Shown one piece after another: positions 19,120-28,120 of a stretch of 64,000 bases of DNA. The translations under genes were made by a program, and so were the position numbers. The stretch lies in NCBI GenBank assembly GCA_963833575.1, contig CAWHXY010000004.1:864001-928000 (forward strand), given 5' to 3'. The notes beneath the pieces were generated by a model. That model saw only the letters and a program-made list of their open reading frames with translations. It was not told the DNA's origin and did not search any database. How positions within the stretch are numbered: position 1 is the first letter of the stretch; every line of letters begins with the position of its first letter. The DNA is from Candidatus Bathyarchaeota archaeon. GTDB taxonomy: Archaea > Thermoproteota > Bathyarchaeia > Bathyarchaeales > Bathycorpusculaceae.

Positions 19120-19404
19120 ATGGATTACCCTAAATTAGTTGAACTTGTTCCATCCGAAAAGTTAGGACCTTTGTCGGATCAACTTCTTAACTTTATTTTA
19201 ACCACAAAAAATGAAGGAAAAATGCCGACCAAAGTGGCCAATTGTATGCTGAGCGCAATGCAGATGGGTGCAATCAAAAACAAAACCGGTGTATCTGTTC
19301 TGTTAGAAGCGGCGTTATTGCTTGAGCCAGAAAAAACCCTGACTGCGCTAAATGAAATGCAAATGGCGACATTGGTTGACGAGATAAGGAAAGGAGGCAT
19401 GTAA
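19120..19404 (+). CDS. Hypothetical protein, translationally coupled to mer
   Basis: AGGAG RBS; stop codon 1 nt before the mer start, and the mer RBS (GGAGG) lies in its 3' end. Confidence 0.75.
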   Translation: MDYPKLVELVPSEKLGPLSDQLLNFILTTKNEGKMPTKVANCMLSAMQMGAIKNKTGVSVLLEAALLLEPEKTLTALNEMQMATLVDEIRKGGM

Positions 19405-19405
19405 T

Positions 19406-20401
19406 TTGGCGCTCAAGTTCGGAATCGAATTCGTTCCAAAAGACCCCTACTGGAAACTAGCAGCCTACGCTATACAAGCAGAAAACAGCGGTTTTGATAA
19501 CCTCTGGATAACAGACCACTATGGCAACCGTAATGTCTACGTGACCCTTGCAGCCGCAGCCATATATACAAACAAAATTGTCTTCGGCACAGGCGTAACC
19601 AACCCATGGATGGTTAACCCAGTCATAACCGCACAAGCCATCGCAACACTAGACGAGCTAGCGCCGGGAAGAGTTGTGCTCGGCATGGGTGCAGGAGACA
19701 AAACCACTCTTGAAGCAGTTGGCATAGATATGGGCAAACCCTTAGCGGCAGTAAAAGAAGCAATAGACATGTTCCGCAAACTAACAAACGGCGAAAAAGT
19801 AGCTTTCCAAGGCGAAGTCTTCAAAGCTGCCGGCGCCAAATTCAACTTTAAACCAGCACACAAGATTCCCGTTTACATCGGCGCTCAAGGGCCAAAAATG
19901 TTAGAGCTAGCCGGAAAAATCGGTGATGGTGTCCTCATCAACGCAAGTCACCCAAGCGATATAGAATTCGCTGTTAAAATGGCAAATGAAGGCATAAAAC
20001 AAGCAGGCAAATCACCAAGCGATGTTGACATAACAGCTTACACATCATTCTCAGTTAACGAAGATCCGAAAAAAGCAGTAAAAGCTGCAACGCCAGTCGT
20101 AGCTTTCATAGTCGCAGGCAGTCCACCGCCAGTACTTGAAAAACACAAAATTGATGTTGCCAAAGCAGACGAAATACGCGCAGGTCTCAAAGCAGGAGAT
20201 TTTCCCAAGGCATTAGCAGCTGTAACACCGGAAATGCTTGACGCCTTCTCAATATGTGGTACACCCGACATGTGCATTGAAAAAATCGCAGCACTACAAA
20301 AAATCGGCATAGGTCAATTCGTCGTAGGATCTCCAATCGGCACTAACGTCAAGAACTCAATTGACCTCATCGGCAGCAAAATCATCCCCCACTTTAAATA
20401 A
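19406..20401 (+). CDS. mer: F420-dependent methylene-H4MPT reductase
   Basis: KFGIEFVP, WITDHYGNRNV, GTGVTNP, GAQGPKML, INASHP, VGSPIG. Confidence 0.95.
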   Translation: MALKFGIEFVPKDPYWKLAAYAIQAENSGFDNLWITDHYGNRNVYVTLAAAAIYTNKIVFGTGVTNPWMVNPVITAQAIATLDELAPGRVVLGMGAGDKTTLEAVGIDMGKPLAAVKEAIDMFRKLTNGEKVAFQGEVFKAAGAKFNFKPAHKIPVYIGAQGPKMLELAGKIGDGVLINASHPSDIEFAVKMANEGIKQAGKSPSDVDITAYTSFSVNEDPKKAVKAATPVVAFIVAGSPPPVLEKHKIDVAKADEIRAGLKAGDFPKALAAVTPEMLDAFSICGTPDMCIEKIAALQKIGIGQFVVGSPIGTNVKNSIDLIGSKIIPHFK

Positions 20402-20508
20402 ACAAGCATTGCCCTTAGGGGCATCTAAATATTTTTAGGCAACCAAACCAAACAAACTAAGAACATAGCAGTAGCGTTCAACAATGTCGCTAAAGGAGTT
20501 CCTTCACA

Positions 20509-21147
20509 ATGGTTGTTTACGCGATAGTTCCAGTAAAAAAAATTGGCGTTTCCAAAAGACGTCTCTCTCAAAGCCTCAGCCTGCACGAACGCAAATCTTT
20601 AACCGTAGCCATGCTGGAGGACGTTTTAAAAGCACTACAAACATCGGTTGTCAACAAGGTTTTGGTCGTTAGCAACGACCCCAAGGTTCGCCCCATAGCC
20701 GAACGGTTTGGCGCCGACTTTTTTTCTCCGTTTCGCAAGGGCCTGAACTCCGCTATTGAAGAAGCGTGGGCTTGGTGTATAAGAAATAAAGCTGATTCAG
20801 TTTTGGTTTTGCCCGCTGACATTCCACTATTGGCCTCAAAGGATATTGATTGCATAGTCCAATTAGGTTCAGGTAACCGCCATGTGGTTTTAGCTCCATC
20901 CAAAGATTGGGGCACCAACGCTTTTTACCAGTGCCCACCACATATTGTTCACGCAAATTTTGGAAACGACAGCTTCATAAAACACACAAAAGAAGCGCAT
21001 AGCAAAGGGGCTTGCGTCAAATATTACTATTCACAGGGGGTCGGTTTGGATGTTGATTCTACCGATGATCTCCAAGTTTTGCTTAAGGTTAAGAATGAAA
21101 CGTTAAGTAGACAAGTTTTGCAGGGTTTCAAAATAACAAAAAGTTGA
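20509..21147 (+). CDS. cofC: 2-phospho-L-lactate/PEP guanylyltransferase
   Basis: AIVPVK..SKRRLS, AMLEDVL, GLNSA, PADIP, GTNA, DVDSTDDL. Confidence 0.93.
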   Translation: MVVYAIVPVKKIGVSKRRLSQSLSLHERKSLTVAMLEDVLKALQTSVVNKVLVVSNDPKVRPIAERFGADFFSPFRKGLNSAIEEAWAWCIRNKADSVLVLPADIPLLASKDIDCIVQLGSGNRHVVLAPSKDWGTNAFYQCPPHIVHANFGNDSFIKHTKEAHSKGACVKYYYSQGVGLDVDSTDDLQVLLKVKNETLSRQVLQGFKITKS

Positions 21148-21153
21148 AAGTAG

Positions 21154-21170
21154 TAGGCAAAAACTGCCTA
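21154..21170. terminator. Hairpin between convergent cofC and npdG
   Basis: taggca-aaaac-tgccta followed by a T-rich tract. Confidence 0.35.
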
Positions 21171-21185
21171 TTCTTTCTGTCGAGT

Positions 21186-21857
21186 TTAAGCTGGTGGAAC
21201 ACCGACTAATTGGATGCCTGCGCCTTTGATCTTGTAGCGTATGTTTATAGCGATTAGGGCTGCTGTCATGGTTTCAACGACTACTGCGTTCTCGATTGCG
21301 CCTGCATCGTAGGCGTCTATGCCGATTTTCTTTATCATGCCTATAATCATGTCGCGTGTTTCTCTATTTGCGCCGACGACTAGAACGTTTGTTTCTATTT
21401 TCTCGTCAAATTTTTCTAGTTGCTCTGGGCTTATGTTCTGGAATGCATCAACTACTTTTGCTTCAGGACCTAGGAAATTTTGTATTTCCTGGGCGATTGA
21501 GCCTGCAGGGTTGATTCTTGCTCGGCTTTTCTTTTCAGCATCAAGTGATGAGGCTATGTTGATTATGATTTTTCCTGGTGTGACTGGTTTGATGTCTTCA
21601 AGTATGGGTTTCATTCCGTCGTATGGAATAGCGAGGAGTACAATGTCGGCTTTGGCTGTTGCGTCGCGATTGGTGGAGCCTTCAGCTGTAAGAACGTTGA
21701 ATTCGGTGTTGAGATTATAAGCCGCGTTTATGGCCTTTTCAGAAGAACGAGATCCGATAATTGTGCGAAAACCTGCTCTAGCAAATCTAGCGGCAATCGC
21801 AAATCCTTCTTTACCCGTTCCACCGATTATAGCTATTGAGGATTTATTTTGCGACAT
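21186..21857 (-). CDS. npdG: F420H2:NADP+ oxidoreductase
   Basis: IAIIGGTGKEG, IGSRS..KA, VVDAFQNIS, NAVVVETMT..LI.INIRYK. Confidence 0.92.
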   Translation of the reverse strand: MSQNKSSIAIIGGTGKEGFAIAARFARAGFRTIIGSRSSEKAINAAYNLNTEFNVLTAEGSTNRDATAKADIVLLAIPYDGMKPILEDIKPVTPGKIIINIASSLDAEKKSRARINPAGSIAQEIQNFLGPEAKVVDAFQNISPEQLEKFDEKIETNVLVVGANRETRDMIIGMIKKIGIDAYDAGAIENAVVVETMTAALIAINIRYKIKGAGIQLVGVPPA

Positions 21858-22009
21858 TTTTAATCATCCTATATGTTTATATTTTAGACTTTGCTTTCAC
21901 AAAGCAATATATAAATGTTTCTGACCTGTAGTATGTTTTTGCACAGTTCTTTCATTCAAATGCACAGTTGACCGATTATATGTTACTATCGAGCGCGGTT
22001 AGAGCCCTC

Positions 22010-22345
22010 CTACGTGTATGCTTTTTTTGTTTGTTGTGTGATTATTTCTCTTATTAATCGGCACAGATGAATTATTTTTGGGCTAGCAATCTGATAATAA
22101 ACTACTGCTCCGTCTCTCCTGACCGTTATGATTTTTTGTTGCCTCATGAGAGCTAAATGCTGCGAGAGATTGCTATGACTTACACTGACTATTTCCATTA
22201 GGTCCGTCATAGTTTTTTCACCTCCTTCCAGAAAATGTAGAATCATAAGACGTGTTGGGTGCGCCATGTTTCTTAGCAACTGAGCTTGCATTTCGCAGAG
22301 CATGATGTTAGATTTGATTGCCGCTTGCCTCTGCTCTTTCTCCAT
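22010..22345 (-). CDS. ArsR/SmtB family regulator (BigR/SqrR-like, two Cys)
   Basis: MAHPTRLMIL, SNLSQHLALMR, VRRDG..VYY; likely ATG at 22345 after a GGAG-rich RBS. Confidence 0.85.
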   Translation of the reverse strand: MEKEQRQAAIKSNIMLCEMQAQLLRNMAHPTRLMILHFLEGGEKTMTDLMEIVSVSHSNLSQHLALMRQQKIITVRRDGAVVYYQIASPKIIHLCRLIREIITQQTKKAYT

Positions 22346-22821
22346 ATTCTCCTGCTCCTCCACCTTAAGACAATTTACAAGCAAGTGTATAGATTAAGTT
22401 GCAATATAACAACATTAACACGGGTTCATATGATTTCCTCCAATTTAACTAATATAGAATAAGTAGTAAGAGAGCTAGCTATGCTTGTACTAGCTGTGCT
22501 TGTATCTGTTATGAAGTAAAGAGTGTAGACGCCTTTCCTATTGGCAGCCCTTGCTTGGGACAATGAAAAGCCAATTTGAAAACTACTCCATTTTGGTTGT
22601 GCGCGCTGGCTGTCCAAAATTAAAATATCTTATAACTATAAATGCGGTCGGCATTTGAAGAATGAATTAGCACAAGGAAGTTGAATCCCTCGCCTTTCTG
22701 ATCAGAATAAAACTTAGCGCCATGTATGCGGTTCTCTCTTCAGGCATTTGAGATAGCGATACGATTACAAATTTTATATCACTATGTTTGCTCCTTTCTC
22801 GATTAGACGTTGTGATATTTT

Positions 22822-23007
22822 ATGGCTGCCAAACCAGATTCTATTGACTTGTTAAACCAAACGGTAGAACGCGAGTTCCACGTAGCAGTACAGTATTTCC
22901 TTCAGCACGATAAAATCGAGAAAGTCCGTTTTTTTATGTATTTTATTCAAAAAGAATCATTTTTTTCTGCAAGTTCCATTGTTAAAATGCCCGTTAGCAA
23001 GGTTTAG
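22822..23007 (+). pseudogene. Truncated ferritin-like (bacterioferritin/DPSL-type) N-terminal fragment
   Basis: IDLLNQTVEREFHVAVQYFLQH resembles helix A of ferritin-like proteins; similarity is lost after about 35 codons. Confidence 0.55.
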
Positions 23008-23077
23008 GAAAAATACTTAAAGCCGAAAGCACCCAATTAAATGCAAATATAACCGAACTCAGTGTTGAGGTTGATTT

Positions 23078-23530
23078 GTGTCAGTAGAGAAAATTGATAG
23101 AATCATCGATAAATATGCTGACCAAAAAGGTGTTTTGATTCAACTTTTATTAGATGTACAGAAAGAGTTCAATTGGATACCGAAAGAAGCCGTTATCAGA
23201 ATAAATCAGAGATTGAAAATTCCAGTAAGCGAAATCTACCGAGTTGCAAGCTTCTACACTTCATTAAGCCTCAAACCGCGAGGACGCCATCTAATACGCG
23301 TGTGCCTCGGTACCGCCTGCTACGTACGTGGAGGCCCAAGAATTCTTGATTCTGTAGAGCGATGTTTCACCGTAAAGCCTGGCGAAACCACAGCTGACGG
23401 TCGTTTCAGCTTAGAAACAGTAAGTTGTTTAGGTGCATGCGATTTGGGACCCGTTATTGAATTGGATGGAAAATATCATGGAAGGCTCACTCCGACAAAT
23501 CTCGGGGAGATTCTTTCCAAGTATAAATAG
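23078..23530 (+). CDS. NuoE/HydC-like [2Fe-2S] subunit
   Basis: VCLGTACYVRG, VSCLGACDLGP, VASFY. Confidence 0.93.
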   Translation: MSVEKIDRIIDKYADQKGVLIQLLLDVQKEFNWIPKEAVIRINQRLKIPVSEIYRVASFYTSLSLKPRGRHLIRVCLGTACYVRGGPRILDSVERCFTVKPGETTADGRFSLETVSCLGACDLGPVIELDGKYHGRLTPTNLGEILSKYK

Positions 23531-23557
23531 GTAAAAAGAGCACGGAGGAAAAAAAAG

Positions 23558-25480
23558 ATGCCCTTCTTAACTTCCCCTGAGGATTTAGAACAGCTCCGAC
23601 GAGTTCTACTAGCCATAAGCGACTACAAAAAGCCCACAGTCATATTATGTGGAGCTACAGGTTGCGATACTCTTGGAGCAAAAGAAGTCGTTAAAGCTTT
23701 TAAAGAAGAATTTGAGAAACGAAACTTAGAAGGCAAAGTAGACATCAAAGAAACCGGCTGTTTGGGATCGTGTGAAAAAGGACCACGTGTCACCATACAG
23801 CCTGAAGAAATCGCTTATTTCCGTGTGAAAGCGTCTGATGTCGCTGAAATAGTTGAAAGGACCCTGCTTAACAAAGAAATAATTGAGCGGCTGCTCTACA
23901 TTGATCCGACCACGGGCGTGGTAGCTCGATATCTTTACGAAGTGCCTTTTTACAAATATCAAAATAGGCTTCTCCTAGACAGAAATGCAAAGCTTGACCC
24001 AAAAAACATAGAAGACTACATTAAATTAAACGGTTACCAAGCTTTAGCTAAAGCTCTATTTCATATGACCCCAGACCAAGTGATTGAAGAAATCAAAAAA
24101 TCTGGGCTCCGAGGACGAGGGGGAGGGGGATTCCCAACTTTTCAGAAGTGGGACTCAGCTCGCAAAGCAAATGGCACCCCCAAGTACGTAATCGTCAACG
24201 GCAACGAGAGCAACCCTGGAACGTTCATGAGCCGCATTTTAATGGAAGGAAACCCGAACGTTATCCTTGAAGGCCTAATAATTGGAGGGTACACAATCGG
24301 TGCACATGAAGGCTTTATCTACTTACGTCAAGACTACCCGCTTGCCTTAGAAAACATGCAAGCTGCCATCGATCAAGCAACGGCTTTTGGGCTGCTCGGA
24401 AAGAACATTCTCGGATCAGGCTTCGACTTTGAAGTTAAGATCTACCGAAGTGCAGGAGGCTTCGTTTCGGGAGAATCAACCGCCCTCATGAAGGCGATTG
24501 AAGGCAAAGCAGGTGAACCAAGGCCTAAGTACATACGTAGCTCAGAAAAGGGGCTTTGGGGTAAACCTACAGTTCTCAACAACGTAGAAACATGGGCAAA
24601 CATTCCATTAATTATCAACAACGGCGCAGAATGGTTCTCAGGAATAGGTTTAGCAGGAAACAAAGGTACCAAAATCTTTGTTTTGTCAGGAAACGCTATC
24701 AACACTGGATTGATTGAGGTTCCGCTAGGCGTAACCATGAGAGACATAGTCTTCAAAATTGGCGGCGGCATACGAAATGGAAAAAAGTTCAAAGCGGTTC
24801 AAATAGGTGGACCCGCAGGTGGCATGATTCCTGAGCAATACCTTGATGTCCCAATAGCCTTTGACGAACTCGAAAAATTGGGTGCCAAGATGGGTTCAGG
24901 TGGATTAATCGTAATGGATAATGAAACCTGTATGGTTGATGCAGCGCGTTACTTTGTTAACTTCCTCTCCAAAGAGTCCTGTGGCAAATGTGTACCCTGT
25001 AGAGAGGGTCTGCTACAGGCAAACGAAATACTTACTAGGATCGTGTCGGGAAAAGGTGAAGAAAAAGACATCGAGAAACTTCGGCAAATCGCCGAGACAT
25101 CTAGCCTTGCTTCTCTTTGTGCTTTGGGAGCGACATCTGCTAATCCAATGCTTACATCTCTTCGGTATTTTGCGTACGAATACGAAGAGCACATAAACGG
25201 GAAAAGATGCCCCGCGCTGTCTTGCAAGCCTCTGATAAACTTCTACATTGACCCATTGAAATGCATGGCCTGCACGCTCTGCTCAAGAAATTGCCCAGTG
25301 AAAGCCATCGATGGCGCGCCAGGCAAGATCCATATCATTGACCAAAATAAATGTGTTAAATGCGGTACTTGTTTTGACCAATGCAAGTTCAAAGCGGTTA
25401 CAAAGATATCTGGAGAACCCGTTCCTCCGCCAATTCCCGAGGAGCAAAGGATAAAAAAGCCAGTTGGACGGGCGAACTAA
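23558..25480 (+). CDS. NuoF/HydB-like FMN/NAD(P)H subunit, long (bifurcating-type) architecture
   Basis: N-terminal Trx-like [2Fe-2S] (CGATGC, GCLGSC), GLRGRGGGGFPT, ESCGKCVPCREG..SLC, H....CPALSC, C-terminal 2x[4Fe-4S]. Confidence 0.93.
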   Translation: MPFLTSPEDLEQLRRVLLAISDYKKPTVILCGATGCDTLGAKEVVKAFKEEFEKRNLEGKVDIKETGCLGSCEKGPRVTIQPEEIAYFRVKASDVAEIVERTLLNKEIIERLLYIDPTTGVVARYLYEVPFYKYQNRLLLDRNAKLDPKNIEDYIKLNGYQALAKALFHMTPDQVIEEIKKSGLRGRGGGGFPTFQKWDSARKANGTPKYVIVNGNESNPGTFMSRILMEGNPNVILEGLIIGGYTIGAHEGFIYLRQDYPLALENMQAAIDQATAFGLLGKNILGSGFDFEVKIYRSAGGFVSGESTALMKAIEGKAGEPRPKYIRSSEKGLWGKPTVLNNVETWANIPLIINNGAEWFSGIGLAGNKGTKIFVLSGNAINTGLIEVPLGVTMRDIVFKIGGGIRNGKKFKAVQIGGPAGGMIPEQYLDVPIAFDELEKLGAKMGSGGLIVMDNETCMVDAARYFVNFLSKESCGKCVPCREGLLQANEILTRIVSGKGEEKDIEKLRQIAETSSLASLCALGATSANPMLTSLRYFAYEYEEHINGKRCPALSCKPLINFYIDPLKCMACTLCSRNCPVKAIDGAPGKIHIIDQNKCVKCGTCFDQCKFKAVTKISGEPVPPPIPEEQRIKKPVGRAN

Positions 25481-25481
25481 A

Positions 25482-26954
25482 ATGACGACAAATAATGCGG
25501 AACCGGCGGTTAAAGAAATCACTTTAAAAATAGATAACCAAGAAGTCAAGGCAAAAGAGGGCGAAACCATCCTCGACGTTGCCAAAAGGCTGAACATAAA
25601 CATACCTACACTATGCTTTGTGAAGGCGCTCTCTCCGTTTGGCGCTTGCCGCCTGTGCTCAGTGGAGATCGCCGAAAAAAATGGAAAAAGCCGCATGGTG
25701 ACTAGCTGCAATTATCCTGTTCAAGAAGGCTTGGTCGTTTTTACGAGATCCGAAAAAACCATAAAGATTCGCAAAATGTTGCTTGAACTGCTGCTGGCGC
25801 GTTGCCCCAAGGTTGCGAAAATTCAAGAGTTAGCCCTTGAATATGGCGTTAAAACGACGGGTTTTTGGGTAGCCGATGAAAATGAAGACTGTATCTTGTG
25901 TGGTTTATGCACTCGTGTATGTGACGAACTTGTAGGCGTAAACGCAATAGATTTTGCCAACCGTGGGCTTGAACGTGAAGTCACTGCTCCGTATCACGAG
26001 TTTTCCAATGACTGCATAGGTTGTGGTGCCTGCGCTGCCATATGCCCAACTAAATCAAAAAGAACAAGGATAACCACGTACCCGGTATTAGAGGAAGACG
26101 CTAAGAAAATTAACGAGCAGTTCCTCAAAGGCACTTGCGACGAGAATATAGGCGTCTATCAAGAAATAATCGGAGCTAAAAGCTTGGTTGCCGGCCAAGA
26201 CGGCGGCATGGCCACAGCACTTTTGATCTCAGGCATGCAAAAGGGCATGTTTGATTCAGCAATCGTTGTCCAACGAAAAGATGGCTATCAAGCGGAAGCA
26301 GTCGTAGCAGAAAACATTGATGATATTATGAAAGCCAAGGGCACAAAGTATCTTCGTGTAAAGATGCTTTCTTTGCTGACTGATTTGGTGGCCAAGGGAA
26401 AGCGTAAAATTGCCTTGGTAGGCACGCCCTGTGAAATCCGTGCGGCACGAAAGATTCAGCAAGCACTTCTTGAGGCGCACCCTGATTTGCAGTTAACACT
26501 TGTGGGCCTGTTCTGCTTCGAAGCATTCGAATACGACAAACTCAAGGAGGCAGCACAGCAGCTTATGGGCGTCGACATTGACACCGTCGAAAAAACACAG
26601 ATAACCAAAGGCAAATTTATTGCAACCGTCAACGGAACCGACCACACAATACCCGTTAAAGAAATGAGCGCTGCACAGGCGCATGGCTGCAACTTCTGCG
26701 ATGACCTCACTAACAAATTCGCTGACATCTCTGTAGGTTCAGTCGGAACTCCAGAGGGCTTCTCAACCATCATAGTCAGGTCCGACATCGGAGCTAAGCT
26801 GCTAGAAAACGTTGAGTTCACTAAAATAGACGTCAACAAAGACGAACTTACGAAGCTGTCAGGATTCAAAAAGGGTCGGGCGAAAAAGAACTTCGCCAAG
26901 ATTATGCCGCCTGAACCTCCAATTCAAGTAGCACCAAAACTCGCAGTTCAATAA
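25482..26954 (+). CDS. Fusion of a HydA/NuoG-type N-terminal Fe-S module with a FrhB/FdhB F420-binding domain
   Basis: IPTLC..GACRLCSVE..SC [2Fe-2S]; CILCGLCTRVC and CIGCGACAAICP; then GQDGGMATALL, VGTPC, GLFCFEAF, GCNFCDD, ADISVGSVG..GFSTIIVRS. ATG at 25482 lies 1 nt after the upstream stop. Confidence 0.9.
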   Translation: MTTNNAEPAVKEITLKIDNQEVKAKEGETILDVAKRLNINIPTLCFVKALSPFGACRLCSVEIAEKNGKSRMVTSCNYPVQEGLVVFTRSEKTIKIRKMLLELLLARCPKVAKIQELALEYGVKTTGFWVADENEDCILCGLCTRVCDELVGVNAIDFANRGLEREVTAPYHEFSNDCIGCGACAAICPTKSKRTRITTYPVLEEDAKKINEQFLKGTCDENIGVYQEIIGAKSLVAGQDGGMATALLISGMQKGMFDSAIVVQRKDGYQAEAVVAENIDDIMKAKGTKYLRVKMLSLLTDLVAKGKRKIALVGTPCEIRAARKIQQALLEAHPDLQLTLVGLFCFEAFEYDKLKEAAQQLMGVDIDTVEKTQITKGKFIATVNGTDHTIPVKEMSAAQAHGCNFCDDLTNKFADISVGSVGTPEGFSTIIVRSDIGAKLLENVEFTKIDVNKDELTKLSGFKKGRAKKNFAKIMPPEPPIQVAPKLAVQ

Positions 26955-26992
26955 TTGCTTTTTCTTCCCTTACTTTCGCTAAACCCACGGGG

Positions 26993-27730
26993 TTATGTGC
27001 ATCCGTTGTATGCAGAGGGAATCCACGGTACTACTCGAATTGACGGTTCTTTAAGCTCGTTAAGGGTGGCTACGGTTAGCAGGAGAGGAACCATGGCTTC
27101 AATCAGTCTGGAGTTTTCTAGAGGGCCTGCTTTCAGTGGTCTCAAGTTAGGTATTTCGCAGATCAGCTTAGCCACTTCAGTGACTGACCAGTCATCGTTG
27201 CCTGCTGCAAAAACATCGATATTTAGTGATTTCTCTGTGTCACTCAAGTACACCGCGGGAATAGTGTGAAACGAGGACACTACGCTGGCTGGTCTTACAA
27301 TTTCCTGAATTAGCTCTGCAACTGATTTCTGTTCTGCTGCTTCAGCCTCAAAGCTTCCCGCGGTAGAGTTTGAAATTGGTATGTGCCTAAAGATACCTTG
27401 ACTTCTTTTCATTGAGACTATTGTTGAAATGACTATTTGATTTTGATGAAAATATGGTTTCAGTTCTTGCATTGCTTGAAGAGTAGCGTCGGCTGGAATG
27501 GTAACGATTACCGTTTCAGACTTTTCTACCGCATCCTTAGCAGAAGCACCATTAATGCTTCCCAACATGTTACTCTTATGAAAGTCACGGGCGTCAGCTT
27601 CAAGCCTTTTCGCGGTTTGAACTGCTTTTTCATAGTTCCTTGAAGTAATGAGCACATCGTGGTTTTTTGCCATCCTAAAGGCAAGACCTCTGCCCATTCT
27701 ACCCACTCCACCAATAATGCCTATTTTCAA
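26993..27730 (-). CDS. Second F420-dependent NADP oxidoreductase (NpdG family), divergent paralog
   Basis: MKIGIIGGVGRMGRGLA, TSRNYEKA, VVSSFHTIPA, AGPLENSRLIEAMVPLL. Confidence 0.85.
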   Translation of the reverse strand: MKIGIIGGVGRMGRGLAFRMAKNHDVLITSRNYEKAVQTAKRLEADARDFHKSNMLGSINGASAKDAVEKSETVIVTIPADATLQAMQELKPYFHQNQIVISTIVSMKRSQGIFRHIPISNSTAGSFEAEAAEQKSVAELIQEIVRPASVVSSFHTIPAVYLSDTEKSLNIDVFAAGNDDWSVTEVAKLICEIPNLRPLKAGPLENSRLIEAMVPLLLTVATLNELKEPSIRVVPWIPSAYNGCT

Positions 27731-27920
27731 ATCAGCAACCCCTTAATTCATAATTTATTAAAATCAGACTTTGACTACAATAAACTTTGTTTTCCAAGAA
27801 TTAAAACATTATTTGTTTTTAGCTCTCGCACTTTTCTGAAAGAACAACAATTGAAATTGCCATTTTCTGGAAAGACCGTTTTGAGTTGCTTTTTTGATTT
27901 AGAGCTTTAATCGTTTGCAG

Positions 27921-27990
27921 ACAGTGTCCCAAAATGTCCCTAAATGTCCAGAATTGTCCCCATTTGTCCTTGTTTGTCCCCAAATATCCC
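27921..27990 (+). repeat. Phased array A: 7 x 10-bp units with core TGTCCC
   Basis: Cores at 27925, 27935, 27945, 27955, 27965, 27975, 27985 (TGTCCC, TGTCCC, TGTCCA, TGTCCC, TGTCCT, TGTCCC, TATCCC). Confidence 0.9.
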
Positions 27991-28120
27991 GAAAACTCAA
28001 CCTTTGAAACTCTTAGGGGAAGTCTTGTTTTGAAGAACGAGGTTTCTACATTGGCTTTTCCCGCAGTTTTGTTCTTTGAAGTTTAGATTGCTTTTTGGTT
28101 TGGGTTTGAATTGGTTGCAG

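Noticed and set aside
22474-22504. Short tandem duplication ctagct(a/g)tgcttgta
   Set aside because: Only two copies, with no supporting context.
23078-26954. Annotation as respiratory complex I NuoEFG or an [FeFe]-hydrogenase
   Set aside because: There are no membrane nuo genes and no H-cluster motifs; the C-terminal domain is FrhB-like.
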